Source: a bacterium
GTDB taxonomy: Bacteria > UBP4 > UBA4092 > JAOAEQ01
Length of the DNA: 64,000 bases
Direction: 5' to 3'
NCBI GenBank assembly: GCA_026416715.1
Contig: JAOAEQ010000003.1
Coordinates: 11,698-75,697 of the forward strand
Shown here: piece after piece, positions 54,002 to 63,684 of the stretch
Layout: every line of letters begins with the position of its first letter
Position numbering within the stretch: position 1 is the first letter of the stretch
Program-made: the position numbers and the translations under genes
The notes under the pieces: generated by a model
What the model was told of the DNA's origin: nothing
Seen by the model: the letters and a program-made list of their open reading frames with translations, nothing else
The model's database searches: none

Positions 54002-55213
54002 ATGTACGAATTGCTCAATAGACCTTATATAAAGATTCTTTTCACGCTGATTCTCATATCTGTTGCCTATAATTTCGTTATGCAAGGGGTTTGGGAATCA
54101 TATTCCCGAATTGGCATCGATTTCCAATACTATTATGAATTCGAAAAAAATATTGGTCGTTCGGATATTTGGTTTGTCTACCCGCCTTTTTTCTGGTTGT
54201 TGATGATTCCCTGGCGATTAATCCCATATCCAGTTGCAAAAAATATTTGGGTAAGTTTGAATCTAATTGTGCTTATTTTCATTTCGTGGTTTTCATTTCA
54301 ATGGATACATAGTTCAAAAGGCGGTCAGCAGTCTGTAGACAACGGTCAGAGACGATATGGTTATAACGGTACACTTTATACAGCGGGTTTCGTTTTTATC
54401 TGTATTTATTATTTTTATCCACTGATTGTAACCCTACAAACAGGGCAGGTAAATTTAATGTTGCTAGCGATTCTTTTAGTTTGTTTATGGTTATATATCA
54501 TTGGTAAAAAAACTGTAGCCGCAATATTGTTAGGTATCGCTGTGGCTATCAAATGGTTACCAGCATTACTATTGGTTTATTTCCTTCTTAAAAAAGAAAA
54601 AAAGTTTGTTGTGATATCCACTATTACGATCATAATCTTATGGCTATTGCCGCTTCCAATCTTCGGTTTGGAAAAAATCAGCCGATATTTCACTGCTACC
54701 CAACACCTAGCTACTCGGGTTTTTTCAGACTATCTTTTTCTGAATAATACTTCGCTATTAGCATTCTGGTGTGATACCAGCACTCGGTTATCGTTGCCAA
54801 TATGGTTCGGGCAAGGATTCTATTATAGTTCGATATTCATAATTATCAGCATCTGGTTGTATATGACTTGGCAGCGGCGTTCCCATCGAGAGACCGGTCG
54901 TTTGATATTTGAATTCGTGTGGACAATAGCAACTGCTACGTTTTTACTTCCTTTTATCGAATTACATCATTTTACGCTTACTTTACCGCTCTATCTCGTG
55001 GGACTTACACTATCAGTTGTAAACCGTTCCTACATTGCATTCAGCATATTAATCATTTCTTGGATTTTGGTGAACCTCGGATTCCAACTTGGAGATGTGA
55101 CTACTATCGGGCAGTCGAGTTATCTCTATCGTTACCTAAGTCTATTTGGCGTATTAATCGGTTGGGTAGCCGGATTGATAATTCAAGTTTCAATTAAAGA
55201 TAAAATATGGTAG
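54002..55213 (+). CDS. GT87/DUF2029-like polytopic membrane glycosyltransferase (GT-C fold), paralog
   Basis: WFVYPPFFWLLMIPW, QTGQVNLMLLAILL, GIAVAIKWLPALLLVYFLLKKEKK. Same architecture as 52739-53998. It starts 4 nt after that gene's stop. Confidence 0.55.
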   Translation: MYELLNRPYIKILFTLILISVAYNFVMQGVWESYSRIGIDFQYYYEFEKNIGRSDIWFVYPPFFWLLMIPWRLIPYPVAKNIWVSLNLIVLIFISWFSFQWIHSSKGGQQSVDNGQRRYGYNGTLYTAGFVFICIYYFYPLIVTLQTGQVNLMLLAILLVCLWLYIIGKKTVAAILLGIAVAIKWLPALLLVYFLLKKEKKFVVISTITIIILWLLPLPIFGLEKISRYFTATQHLATRVFSDYLFLNNTSLLAFWCDTSTRLSLPIWFGQGFYYSSIFIIISIWLYMTWQRRSHRETGRLIFEFVWTIATATFLLPFIELHHFTLTLPLYLVGLTLSVVNRSYIAFSILIISWILVNLGFQLGDVTTIGQSSYLYRYLSLFGVLIGWVAGLIIQVSIKDKIW

Positions 55214-57048
55214 CGATTCTTATTTTTCTCTGGATAATACTTCTCACGTATTTTCTAGGTGAACGGCTCCTACGGTTATTCCAAATTCAGCCGAGTTCGT
55301 TTCCACTCAAATTTGCGTTCACTATCGGTTTAGGATTCGCACTCTTTGCATACCTGATGTTGTTCCTCGGTTTGATGTCCTGCCTTTACCCTTGGCTAAT
55401 TGCTTTAATACTGATTGCGTTAACCGTTATTGTATTTTATACCAAACGCAGATCGAGTAGCGAAATCGTCCGAAATCGAACTCCGTTTTGGTTCTTCCAA
55501 TCGTTCGTCGCTAAATCCATGCTCTTAATAGTTATGGTAGTTATAGCGCTCGTTAATATCCTTGGCGCGTTAACTCCGGAAGTTAGACACGATTCGCTGC
55601 AATATCATCAGACAATCCCGCATTATTTTCTGCTAGAACATCGGATAGCCGAAGTGCCATATACCATCTATTATACCTATGCGTTAAACGCAGAAATGAT
55701 TTATACTCTTGCTCAAGCGTTAACCGGTGGCGATAGTATGCTTCCGAAACTATTGCATTGTTTCGCTGCGATATTAACCGCAATTGCCGTGTATGGTTTA
55801 GCGAAACGGTATTCCGATACTGCGCTGATTCCGTTATTATCCGCCGCGATTTTTTATACCCTCCCGCAAGTTGCGTGGATGAGCAGTTCCGCGTTTAATG
55901 AAAATTGGTGGATGTTATTTGGCATTCTTGCGATTATTGCATGGTTAGAATGGTATAACTCGAATCGGAAAGAATGGCTGATTCTATCAGCGTTATTCTG
56001 CGGATTCGGTATTGGAACCAAACTGATTGCCGTGCTCTTCTACCCACTGCTACTCGGATTCGCTAGTGTAGTAGTTCTCCTTCGAGAAAAACGCAATAAA
56101 TTTTGGATTGTGTATTTTGTATTTTGGATGGTGTTACCGATAGCTCCTTGGCTAATTCGAAATTATCTTTATACCAATAATCCGATATATCCTTTATTAT
56201 CAGGATATTTTAACAGTCCGTATCCGTATGATATTGCGGGACAGAATTTCGCTACAATTCGGTCGCTACCGCCGATGCGTTTTTCTGCTATCCTCGAGCG
56301 GATAAGAGATACGTTTATAGCGATTAATATCAATGGAAATGGCATACTAACCGCATTTTTTATCGTCTGCGTCCCGCTGTTGCTGATGAAACAGATACCG
56401 AAACAAATCAAATGGTTAACCGGTTATGGTTTAGTCGCTTGGCTAATGTATGCAGTGGTTGAAGGCGGAACCGATGGCAGGTTTATCTATCCGAGTTATC
56501 CGATACTCGCGATCACGATTGGATATGCGTTATCTTTAGCAATCGATAAAATTGCTAGCATGCAGCCAAGTTCGTTATTATTCCGGCCAACATGTATCGT
56601 TTTTATCCTCTGCGTGATTATGCTAGGAACATATATCCATCTGAAGATTGCATTCGTACAGGATTTCAAAGAATCTTGGTTACCGGTTTTGGGTAAACAG
56701 CATCGGGAACACTATTTAAGCGACCGAATCAAGATTTATCCGATGTTAGCATATATCAATCAAACTTTACCGCACGATGCGAAAGTTTTGCTTCCCAGCG
56801 GATATGCTGCGCTCTATTGCAATCGGCGATATCTCGCGCATAGCGAATTCGATATTTCGCCGCTGCATGATTTAATTATGCGCTATAATTCAGCTGACCG
56901 AATTTATAGCCAGTTGCGTGCTTGGTCAATAACGCATCTAGTTTTTCAGATTAGCCCAACCCGGAATTCGGTAATAAGTGAACTCCTTGCGAAATATAGT
57001 ACGAAATTGAACGAAATTAACGGATTTGAAATATATTTGTTGCAATAG
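55207..57048 (+). CDS. GT-C superfamily membrane glycosyltransferase (PMT_2/ArnT-like)
   Basis: 613 aa with about 12 TM helices in the first 450 aa and a soluble C-terminal domain. An early loop motif TPEVRHDSLQYHQTIPHYFL lies after the TM1-4 region. The start overlaps the previous gene by 7 nt. Confidence 0.5.
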   Translation: MVAILIFLWIILLTYFLGERLLRLFQIQPSSFPLKFAFTIGLGFALFAYLMLFLGLMSCLYPWLIALILIALTVIVFYTKRRSSSEIVRNRTPFWFFQSFVAKSMLLIVMVVIALVNILGALTPEVRHDSLQYHQTIPHYFLLEHRIAEVPYTIYYTYALNAEMIYTLAQALTGGDSMLPKLLHCFAAILTAIAVYGLAKRYSDTALIPLLSAAIFYTLPQVAWMSSSAFNENWWMLFGILAIIAWLEWYNSNRKEWLILSALFCGFGIGTKLIAVLFYPLLLGFASVVVLLREKRNKFWIVYFVFWMVLPIAPWLIRNYLYTNNPIYPLLSGYFNSPYPYDIAGQNFATIRSLPPMRFSAILERIRDTFIAININGNGILTAFFIVCVPLLLMKQIPKQIKWLTGYGLVAWLMYAVVEGGTDGRFIYPSYPILAITIGYALSLAIDKIASMQPSSLLFRPTCIVFILCVIMLGTYIHLKIAFVQDFKESWLPVLGKQHREHYLSDRIKIYPMLAYINQTLPHDAKVLLPSGYAALYCNRRYLAHSEFDISPLHDLIMRYNSADRIYSQLRAWSITHLVFQISPTRNSVISELLAKYSTKLNEINGFEIYLLQ

Positions 57049-57126
57049 AAATGCTTGAGCACTTGGTTTTATTTCTTCTAGTCGAGGGTTAATTTCCCGA
57101 ATTATCAAAAGTGCTGGAAAAATTTA

Positions 57127-59925
57127 ATGAGAAAAGATTTAATCGGTTTAGTATTAATTTTATTTTCTGCTATTCTAATAAACTATCAACTGTTTATTGG
57201 CAATATCCCCTTTGATTTCGATAACCTAGCGTTCTACCATCCGCTTTTTTCTTTAGCGAAACATTCGCCAAGTATCCTTTGGGATCCGTATCAATTCAGC
57301 GGATTTCCTACTTTTGCGGAACCGCAGTTTGCTATGTTCTATCCATTACGCTGGTTGTTTAATCTGGTGAATGTCTTCACGGCAATGCCAATATTCTATA
57401 TCATACATTATGTTCTTGGTTTGGTTTTTATGTATCTATTCCTGCGCTCGTTACCCCTAGGTAGAACCGCTGCAACTGGTGGTACGTTCTGTTACATTCA
57501 CGGTAGTTATTTCCAAGCAAAAATGCTCATGAGTGGAACCTTGTTCTTCTCAATGGCATGGATACCATTGTTTATGTTATTTGCGATACGGGCAATAACT
57601 GGGAACATGCATATCCTTACTGATTCGGAGCAAACTCCGAATAATAAAACGGTAGCAAGCTACCGCAGTCCACATTTAAGGAATGCGATTTATGCCGGAT
57701 TGGTGCTTGGAATCATCGCAGTAATCGGGTCACCGCACCATATGTTTTATCCGGTATTAGCAATGGTTATTTCCGTTCTTTTCTCTATCGGGTCGACTAA
57801 GTACCGAGAAACAAATACCAAGTTTCCAAAATGGTATTCAATCCTTTATCCATTCTTCCTTATTACTATAACCGTGTTAATTGGAGTCGGTATTGGAGCA
57901 ATCCAACTTATCCCTGGGAACGAACTGTTTACGAGAAGCATTCGCGCGAATTTAACCTTTTCGCAAGTGGTCGAAACACCGCTGAAATCGCAGTGGATTC
58001 TCGCTTCGTTTCTTGGCGGCACGCAAACCCCAGAATTTTTAGATGCCTCTGCGTATTTCGGTGTTGCCGGATTGATGTTGATATTCTTTGCGTTTACGAA
58101 ACGGAACATTGATACCCGTTATCTCTGGTTTTGGCTGACGACCGCTATCCTCGCAATACTTATAGCACGAGGACAATATGCACCGTTCTATCATATTTTT
58201 TATCATCTGCCATTTTTAAAATCATTGAGTTTTCCTTGCCGAAGTCTTGTCCTGTTAGCATTAGCCGGCGCTGTATTGACTGCATATGGAATCGAAACTG
58301 TTATGCAGGTTCAAATCCGATATCCGAAATCCGGAATCCGAAATTTCCAACTTCTTACTTCTTACTTCTTACTTCTAATTTCCATTATCGTTCTCGTGTA
58401 TTTCTATTTCCGATTTGGCACTCTCCTGATCCAGACTTTACTGAATACCAAATGGGCTGACCCGCTGCTCTATCGCTGGGCAAATCTTTGTCTATTTACT
58501 TTATTAACTTCTTTTACGGTCATATTATTCTGGAAAAACCACATTGGGTTAAGAACATTTCAAATATTAATCCTCATTATTCTGTTTGCGGATTTATACC
58601 AATTCACTCCGCGTATCCAGAAACGGTTTATTAATGCTAAAGAATATTTATCTCCACCAGCTGCGGTGCAGTTTCTTCAACAGCAAATTAAAGCGCCAGT
58701 TCGAATTATCGGATTCCATTCTTCGCGCTTATATGCGATTGACCAGAATGATAATCGGTTTAAAGAATATCTCGCGCCGAAACTCGCGGAGTTATATCGC
58801 TTGCAGGATGCACATGGTTACGACCCGCTCATGCTCCAGAAGTATGTTACGGTTATGCAGCGACTCGCTGGTCGTTCACCAACGGAAGATCCCCAACGGA
58901 TGGCAACAGTAGCAACCTGCACGCCACGATTTCTCAATTTGCTGAATATCGGTTATATTGTTGGAGAAGTAAATGAATTCAGCGTTCTTCGAAAACAAAT
59001 TGTTCTCGCATCAGGTATTGAAACAACTCTATCGGTTTCGGTCGATACCCCATGTCTCGAATTAGGGTTAATCTCATTACTTGACCGGCATCTCAAGACG
59101 CCGCAGGGAACCCAAATCGGAACGATAACCATTACTGATTCGAAAGGAGTTAATGAAATCCTCCCAATACGAGCGGGAATCGAAACCGCTGACTGGCGGA
59201 TAGAAACCACACCAGCCGCACATCGAATGCCACAACCCGCAATGACGTGGATTGGAAATCTTGCAGGAAAAGAATATACGCTCCATAATTTCTATACCCG
59301 ATTAAAATTTACAAAACCGATTATTCCGAAAACAATTACCATATCACATTTACGAATTCCCGGAATTATAGTTGTTCAACATATAACGTTAATTAAACAG
59401 AATGACGAAAATCAGTTTACGAAACTTGCAGATTTCGGCGATGTAAGGATATATCAAAATAAGACGGTTTATCCGCGCGCATTTCTCGTTCATAAAATAG
59501 AAGTTATTCCAGACGAAGCAAAGCTCCTTGAGAAAATAGCAGCACCAACTGCTGATTTAAGATACACCGCCTATCTACAAGAACCGATTCCAGTTAGATT
59601 AAATTCGCATCAGCTAACACTTAAACCGGATACTGTTACGATAACGCGATTTTCTCCTAATCGAATAGAATTAGAAAGTGAAAGTGACCATAATAGTTTT
59701 TTGGTGTTAAGCGAAATCGATTATCCCGGTTGGCAGGCAACGGTTGATGGGAAACCGACTAAAATTTATACGACAAATTATATTCTGCGTGGCCTTTATT
59801 TGGAATCGGGAAAACATAGAATTGTCTTAACCTTTCGTCCTAAATCATTATTTTTCGGTGCTATTCTTTCCCTTACCACACTGGTCATATCGCTTCTCGG
59901 AATTAAATTAACTGCTAAAACTTGA
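57127..59925 (+). CDS. YfhO family membrane glycosyltransferase-like protein
   Basis: 932 aa. N-terminal FDFDNLAFYHPLFSLAKH, many TM helices, a large extracytoplasmic C-terminal domain ending LVLSEIDYPGWQATVDGKPTKIYTTNYILRGLYLESGKHRIVLTFRP, plus a final TM helix. This is the characteristic YfhO architecture. Confidence 0.7.
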   Translation: MRKDLIGLVLILFSAILINYQLFIGNIPFDFDNLAFYHPLFSLAKHSPSILWDPYQFSGFPTFAEPQFAMFYPLRWLFNLVNVFTAMPIFYIIHYVLGLVFMYLFLRSLPLGRTAATGGTFCYIHGSYFQAKMLMSGTLFFSMAWIPLFMLFAIRAITGNMHILTDSEQTPNNKTVASYRSPHLRNAIYAGLVLGIIAVIGSPHHMFYPVLAMVISVLFSIGSTKYRETNTKFPKWYSILYPFFLITITVLIGVGIGAIQLIPGNELFTRSIRANLTFSQVVETPLKSQWILASFLGGTQTPEFLDASAYFGVAGLMLIFFAFTKRNIDTRYLWFWLTTAILAILIARGQYAPFYHIFYHLPFLKSLSFPCRSLVLLALAGAVLTAYGIETVMQVQIRYPKSGIRNFQLLTSYFLLLISIIVLVYFYFRFGTLLIQTLLNTKWADPLLYRWANLCLFTLLTSFTVILFWKNHIGLRTFQILILIILFADLYQFTPRIQKRFINAKEYLSPPAAVQFLQQQIKAPVRIIGFHSSRLYAIDQNDNRFKEYLAPKLAELYRLQDAHGYDPLMLQKYVTVMQRLAGRSPTEDPQRMATVATCTPRFLNLLNIGYIVGEVNEFSVLRKQIVLASGIETTLSVSVDTPCLELGLISLLDRHLKTPQGTQIGTITITDSKGVNEILPIRAGIETADWRIETTPAAHRMPQPAMTWIGNLAGKEYTLHNFYTRLKFTKPIIPKTITISHLRIPGIIVVQHITLIKQNDENQFTKLADFGDVRIYQNKTVYPRAFLVHKIEVIPDEAKLLEKIAAPTADLRYTAYLQEPIPVRLNSHQLTLKPDTVTITRFSPNRIELESESDHNSFLVLSEIDYPGWQATVDGKPTKIYTTNYILRGLYLESGKHRIVLTFRPKSLFFGAILSLTTLVISLLGIKLTAKT

Positions 59926-60041
59926 GTTTATTAGTCAAGATTTAGTACCTAATCTATTCTTATACGCATTCATTTCCAAATTTGTATATATACCATTAAT
60001 ATTTAAAGAGTTAACTTGTATCTGAACGAATTTTTGCATGG

Positions 60042-60088
60042 GTGGAGTAGAGTGAGAATTGAACGGTTCAATTCTCACTCTACTCCAC
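60042..60088. repeat. 47-nt perfect palindrome (23-bp arms, 1-nt centre) between the convergent yfhO-like and aspS genes
   Basis: GTGGAGTAGAGTGAGAATTGAAC (60042-60064), g, GTTCAATTCTCACTCTACTCCAC (60066-60088). I verified base by base that the arms are exact reverse complements. No U-tract follows on either strand. Confidence 0.75.
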
Positions 60089-60287
60089 TACTACTCCGTT
60101 ATTGAGTATTGCATCAATTTGCTAGAAAATAGTGGTTAAATTTGACTAAAATAGTCGGATTTAAGGTCGGGTGAATTCCTCGGATAAGTTGGTTTGTGAA
60201 ACTCAATAGAAGTCAAATTGATTTAAACAATAGTGAAGTATCCGTGAAATATGTTCAATTTTGATTGGAGACTACGAGAGTTAACTA

Positions 60288-62084
60288 TTACCTTATTCCC
60301 GATTTTGAGCTAATTTCAGGTTTGATAAGTTTCAAATGCAATTCATCGAGTTGTTTTTTACTGACAGGACTCGGTGCATTCGTCATGAGACAAGTGGCTT
60401 TTTGCGTTTTCGGGAAAGCGATAACGTCGCGAATCGTATTGCTGCCTGTGATAATCATCATGATACGGTCGAGACCGAATGCAATTCCCCCATGAGGTGG
60501 CGCACCATATTGAAACGCTTCTAACAAGAAGCCAAACTTAATTTGTGCTTCTTCTTTAGTTATTCCAAGAATTTCAAACATTTTCGATTGCACATCCGCA
60601 CTATGAATACGAATACTACCACCACCGATTTCAGTTCCATTCAGCACCAAATCATACGCTTTCGCTCTAACTTTACCTGGGTCGGTCGAAAGTAATGGAA
60701 TATCTTCTTCCATTGGTGAGGTAAACGGATGATGCATAGCATTCCATTTTTTTTCTTCTTCACTCCATTCAAGCAGCGGGAAATCGGTTATCCAGAGGAA
60801 TTGATAGGTATCTTTCGGTTTTAAATTCAAATCATCAGCAAGTTTCAAGCGTAATCTTCCCAAAACTTCAGCCGCAATCTGTGGTTTATCAGCTACCAAG
60901 AGTAATAAATCACCGGGTTTAGCGCCGAATTTTATTTTTAACTGTTCGACTATTTCTGGTTTCAGATATTTTGCTACTGGCGAATCTACTGTGGTTTCCG
61001 TTACTTTCAACCAAACGAGCCCTTTTGCGCCAAATTGTTTTGCGAAATTCGTTAGTTGGTCTAGCTGGTTCCGTGAGAAACCTGAACAACCTGGAGCACA
61101 TAACCCACGAACCACACCACCTAGTTCAACCGTTTTAGCAAAAACACTAAATTCGACATGACGTACTTCTTCAGTAATATCAACAATTTCTAACCCAAAC
61201 CGAGTATCCGGTTTATCCGAACCGAACCGAAGCATAGCTTCCGTATACGTCATTCGCGGGAATGGAGTCGGAATATCGATACCTAATCCGAGCTTCATAA
61301 TTTTCGCGAGCAGTGGTTCCAAAACATTGAATAAATTATCCGGAGTAATAAATGACATTTCAATATCTAGTTGGGTAAATTCTGGCTGGCGGTCTGCACG
61401 TAAATCTTCATCGCGAAAACAGCGAACAATCTGAAAATATCGGTCATATCCGGATACCATCAGAATTTGTTTAAACAATTGGGGTGATTGCGGTAAAGCG
61501 AAAAAGAATCCGGGACTTAACCGAGCTGGAACAAGATAATCTCGCGCTCCTTCAGGGGTACTTTTAGTCAACATCGGAGTTTCTATTTCAAGAAACCCTT
61601 GTTCGCTAAGATAATCTCGAATGAGTTTACAAACCTGATGCCGTAAAATAAAGTTCCGCTGTAGTCTCGGTCGCCGTAAATCGAGATAGCGATACTTTAG
61701 TCGGATATCTTCGGAAACATCAATATCATCTTCAATAGGAAATGGTGGCGTTTCAGCTTTATTGAGGATTTGAACTCCAGTTGCATGAATTTCGATTTCT
61801 CCAGTCGATAAGTTCGGATTTTCTGTTCCTGCAGGACGTGGGGCTACATTTCCTTTAATTGCCACGACATATTCCGACCGTAATGAACGCGCTAATTCAT
61901 GGATAGCTGCGTTTTCTGACGGATTAAATACTACCTGAATCAGTCCGCTTCGGTCGCGAACATCAACAAACAATAATCCACCATGGTCGCGAGTCCGTTG
62001 TACCCAACCATTTAAGACGATTTCTCGACCGATATCTTTCTTCGATACGGTACCGCAATATTTAGTTCTTTGCCAAAAAGCCAT
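60288..62084 (-). CDS. aspS: Aspartate--tRNA ligase (bacterial type)
   Basis: GWVQRTRDHGGLLFVDVRDRSGLIQVV (OB fold), FFALPQSPQLFKQILMVSGYDRYFQIVRCFRDEDLRADRQPEFTQLDIEMSF (motif 2), GGIAFGLDRIMMIITG (motif 3). 598 aa including the GAD insertion. Confidence 0.95.
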   Translation of the reverse strand: MAFWQRTKYCGTVSKKDIGREIVLNGWVQRTRDHGGLLFVDVRDRSGLIQVVFNPSENAAIHELARSLRSEYVVAIKGNVAPRPAGTENPNLSTGEIEIHATGVQILNKAETPPFPIEDDIDVSEDIRLKYRYLDLRRPRLQRNFILRHQVCKLIRDYLSEQGFLEIETPMLTKSTPEGARDYLVPARLSPGFFFALPQSPQLFKQILMVSGYDRYFQIVRCFRDEDLRADRQPEFTQLDIEMSFITPDNLFNVLEPLLAKIMKLGLGIDIPTPFPRMTYTEAMLRFGSDKPDTRFGLEIVDITEEVRHVEFSVFAKTVELGGVVRGLCAPGCSGFSRNQLDQLTNFAKQFGAKGLVWLKVTETTVDSPVAKYLKPEIVEQLKIKFGAKPGDLLLLVADKPQIAAEVLGRLRLKLADDLNLKPKDTYQFLWITDFPLLEWSEEEKKWNAMHHPFTSPMEEDIPLLSTDPGKVRAKAYDLVLNGTEIGGGSIRIHSADVQSKMFEILGITKEEAQIKFGFLLEAFQYGAPPHGGIAFGLDRIMMIITGSNTIRDVIAFPKTQKATCLMTNAPSPVSKKQLDELHLKLIKPEISSKSGIR

Positions 62085-62170
62085 AACGTTATCGACCTCA
62101 TTTAAAATTGCAAGATTAGCATTTGTAAATTTGACATGCTACATGCTAAATTTGAAATGAATTCTCCTTT

Positions 62171-63301
62171 TTATGAAGTTAATCCTCGTTGTTCGAGTTG
62201 TTGTTTCGCTTGTTCGAATCCATCGGTAGCTTGCTGGTGTTTAACCCATTCGGTGAGTTCCCGCATTCCATCTTCAAATTTCACTTGCGGCTGAAATCCT
62301 AACGACTTCTGAATTCGGCTGATATCCGCATAACAATGCCGAATATCTCCTTTCCGAAACTTATATGCGATTTCCGGTTTAAGAAACTCTTTCTTTCCTA
62401 ACTTCTCCAGTAATACTTCCGCAATATGAAGGATACTCTGCGGCCGTCCAGAACCGACATTGAATACCTGATAGTTCGCTTCTTCTTTTTCTAACGCCAA
62501 AAGATTAGCCTGGACAATATCCCGCACATGGATAAAATCCCGAGTCTGGAGACCATCTTCATAAATCACCGGCGGGTGATTGTTTAAAATTCGCGCAGAA
62601 AATATCGCCGCTACCCCCGTATAGGGATTACTTAACGCCTGCCGCGGTCCATATACGTTGAAATACCGCAAAGCAACCGTCGGAAGCTGATACGCACGAC
62701 CAAAACTTAAACATAATTCTTCATGGTCGCGCTTGGTCACTGCATACACTGAAGTCGGAAATAACGGCTTTTCCTCATCCGTAGCCATGGCTTCGGTTAC
62801 TTCTCCACAATACGGACACCGCATCTCCCATTCTTGCCGTGCTAACTGCTCCTCGGGACGCAGTTTCGGATACACCAGCCCACAACACCGACAACTATAC
62901 TTCCCTTCCCCATAAATCGACATCGACGACGCTACAATCAGTTTCTCTACCGTATGCCGCTCATTCGCTAAAATATCGAGCAGATTCGCTGCACCTAGCG
63001 AATTCACCTCCACATACCGCCGAATCTCATACATCGACTGACCTACCCCAACCGCCGCTGCCTCATGAAATATCACCGATACACCTTCAACAGCTTTCTG
63101 TAACGCAACTCGGTCGCGAACATCGCCTACAACCAATTCCGCTGCAGGATTTAAATACGCCGGCGGTTTCCGTTCACTACCATGTACCTGCGGATCCAGA
63201 TTGTCAAAAATCCGTACCGTATATCCCCGAGCAACAAGCGCATCAACTAAATGCGACCCGATAAACCCTGCTCCTCCAGTCACTAAAATCCGTTTAGCCA
63301 T
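62171..63301 (-). CDS. NAD-dependent sugar-nucleotide epimerase/dehydratase (extended SDR) with an inserted Cys4 zinc-ribbon
   Basis: ILVTGGAGFIGSHLV, ASSMSIYG, YAVTKRDHE (YxxxK). Between the catalytic Ser and Tyr lies KYSCRCCGLVYPKLRPEEQLARQEWEMRCPYCGEV (CxCC...CxxC). Confidence 0.8.
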   Translation of the reverse strand: MAKRILVTGGAGFIGSHLVDALVARGYTVRIFDNLDPQVHGSERKPPAYLNPAAELVVGDVRDRVALQKAVEGVSVIFHEAAAVGVGQSMYEIRRYVEVNSLGAANLLDILANERHTVEKLIVASSMSIYGEGKYSCRCCGLVYPKLRPEEQLARQEWEMRCPYCGEVTEAMATDEEKPLFPTSVYAVTKRDHEELCLSFGRAYQLPTVALRYFNVYGPRQALSNPYTGVAAIFSARILNNHPPVIYEDGLQTRDFIHVRDIVQANLLALEKEEANYQVFNVGSGRPQSILHIAEVLLEKLGKKEFLKPEIAYKFRKGDIRHCYADISRIQKSLGFQPQVKFEDGMRELTEWVKHQQATDGFEQAKQQLEQRGLTS

Positions 63302-63360
63302 ACATACCCCTTATTACTATTTTCGTTATACCATTTAGTATTCGTAATTTAAGTTTGCTT

Positions 63361-63666
63361 TTATAAAATAAATCCCTTTTTCTTCGCAATCCGTTCCTTC
63401 GTTTGGTTAAAAACAACTTGCCATTGGGGAGTTCCCGGAGCAACTTTTTGTTCGTAAGTTTTCAATATACGCAACGTCTCGGATTCAATTTCTTCTTCAA
63501 GTTTCTGGTCGGCTGCGATAATTTGCACGATTTTATGAACAATACTAGTTTTATCTGAATTCTTGACTGCAATAAGCTTTTTTTTAATGAGATTAGCAAT
63601 AATCTGATTTGCGATACTTTCAATTCGTTCATCGCTTAATCGCGTTTTGCTTGGATGAGTCAGCAT
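63361..63666 (-). CDS. DUF507 family protein
   Basis: About 100 aa. RLSDERIESIANQIIANLIKKKLI...LEEEIESETLRILKTYE...KERIAKKKGFIL, the helical DUF507-type pattern as I remember it. Tandem with a paralog. Confidence 0.5.
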   Translation of the reverse strand: MLTHPSKTRLSDERIESIANQIIANLIKKKLIAVKNSDKTSIVHKIVQIIAADQKLEEEIESETLRILKTYEQKVAPGTPQWQVVFNQTKERIAKKKGFIL

Positions 63667-63684
63667 AGTTCTATCGAGTAGGTA

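Noticed and set aside
60055-60080. GGTTCAATTC inside the palindrome resembles a tRNA T-loop (GGTTCGAAT)
   Set aside because: The flanks form a simple perfect hairpin. No acceptor, D or anticodon arms can be drawn.
62733-63264. Plus-strand ORFs (60 and 141 aa) inside the epimerase gene
   Set aside because: They are antisense shadow ORFs with a proline/histidine-rich nonsense composition. The minus-strand SDR reading is unambiguous.
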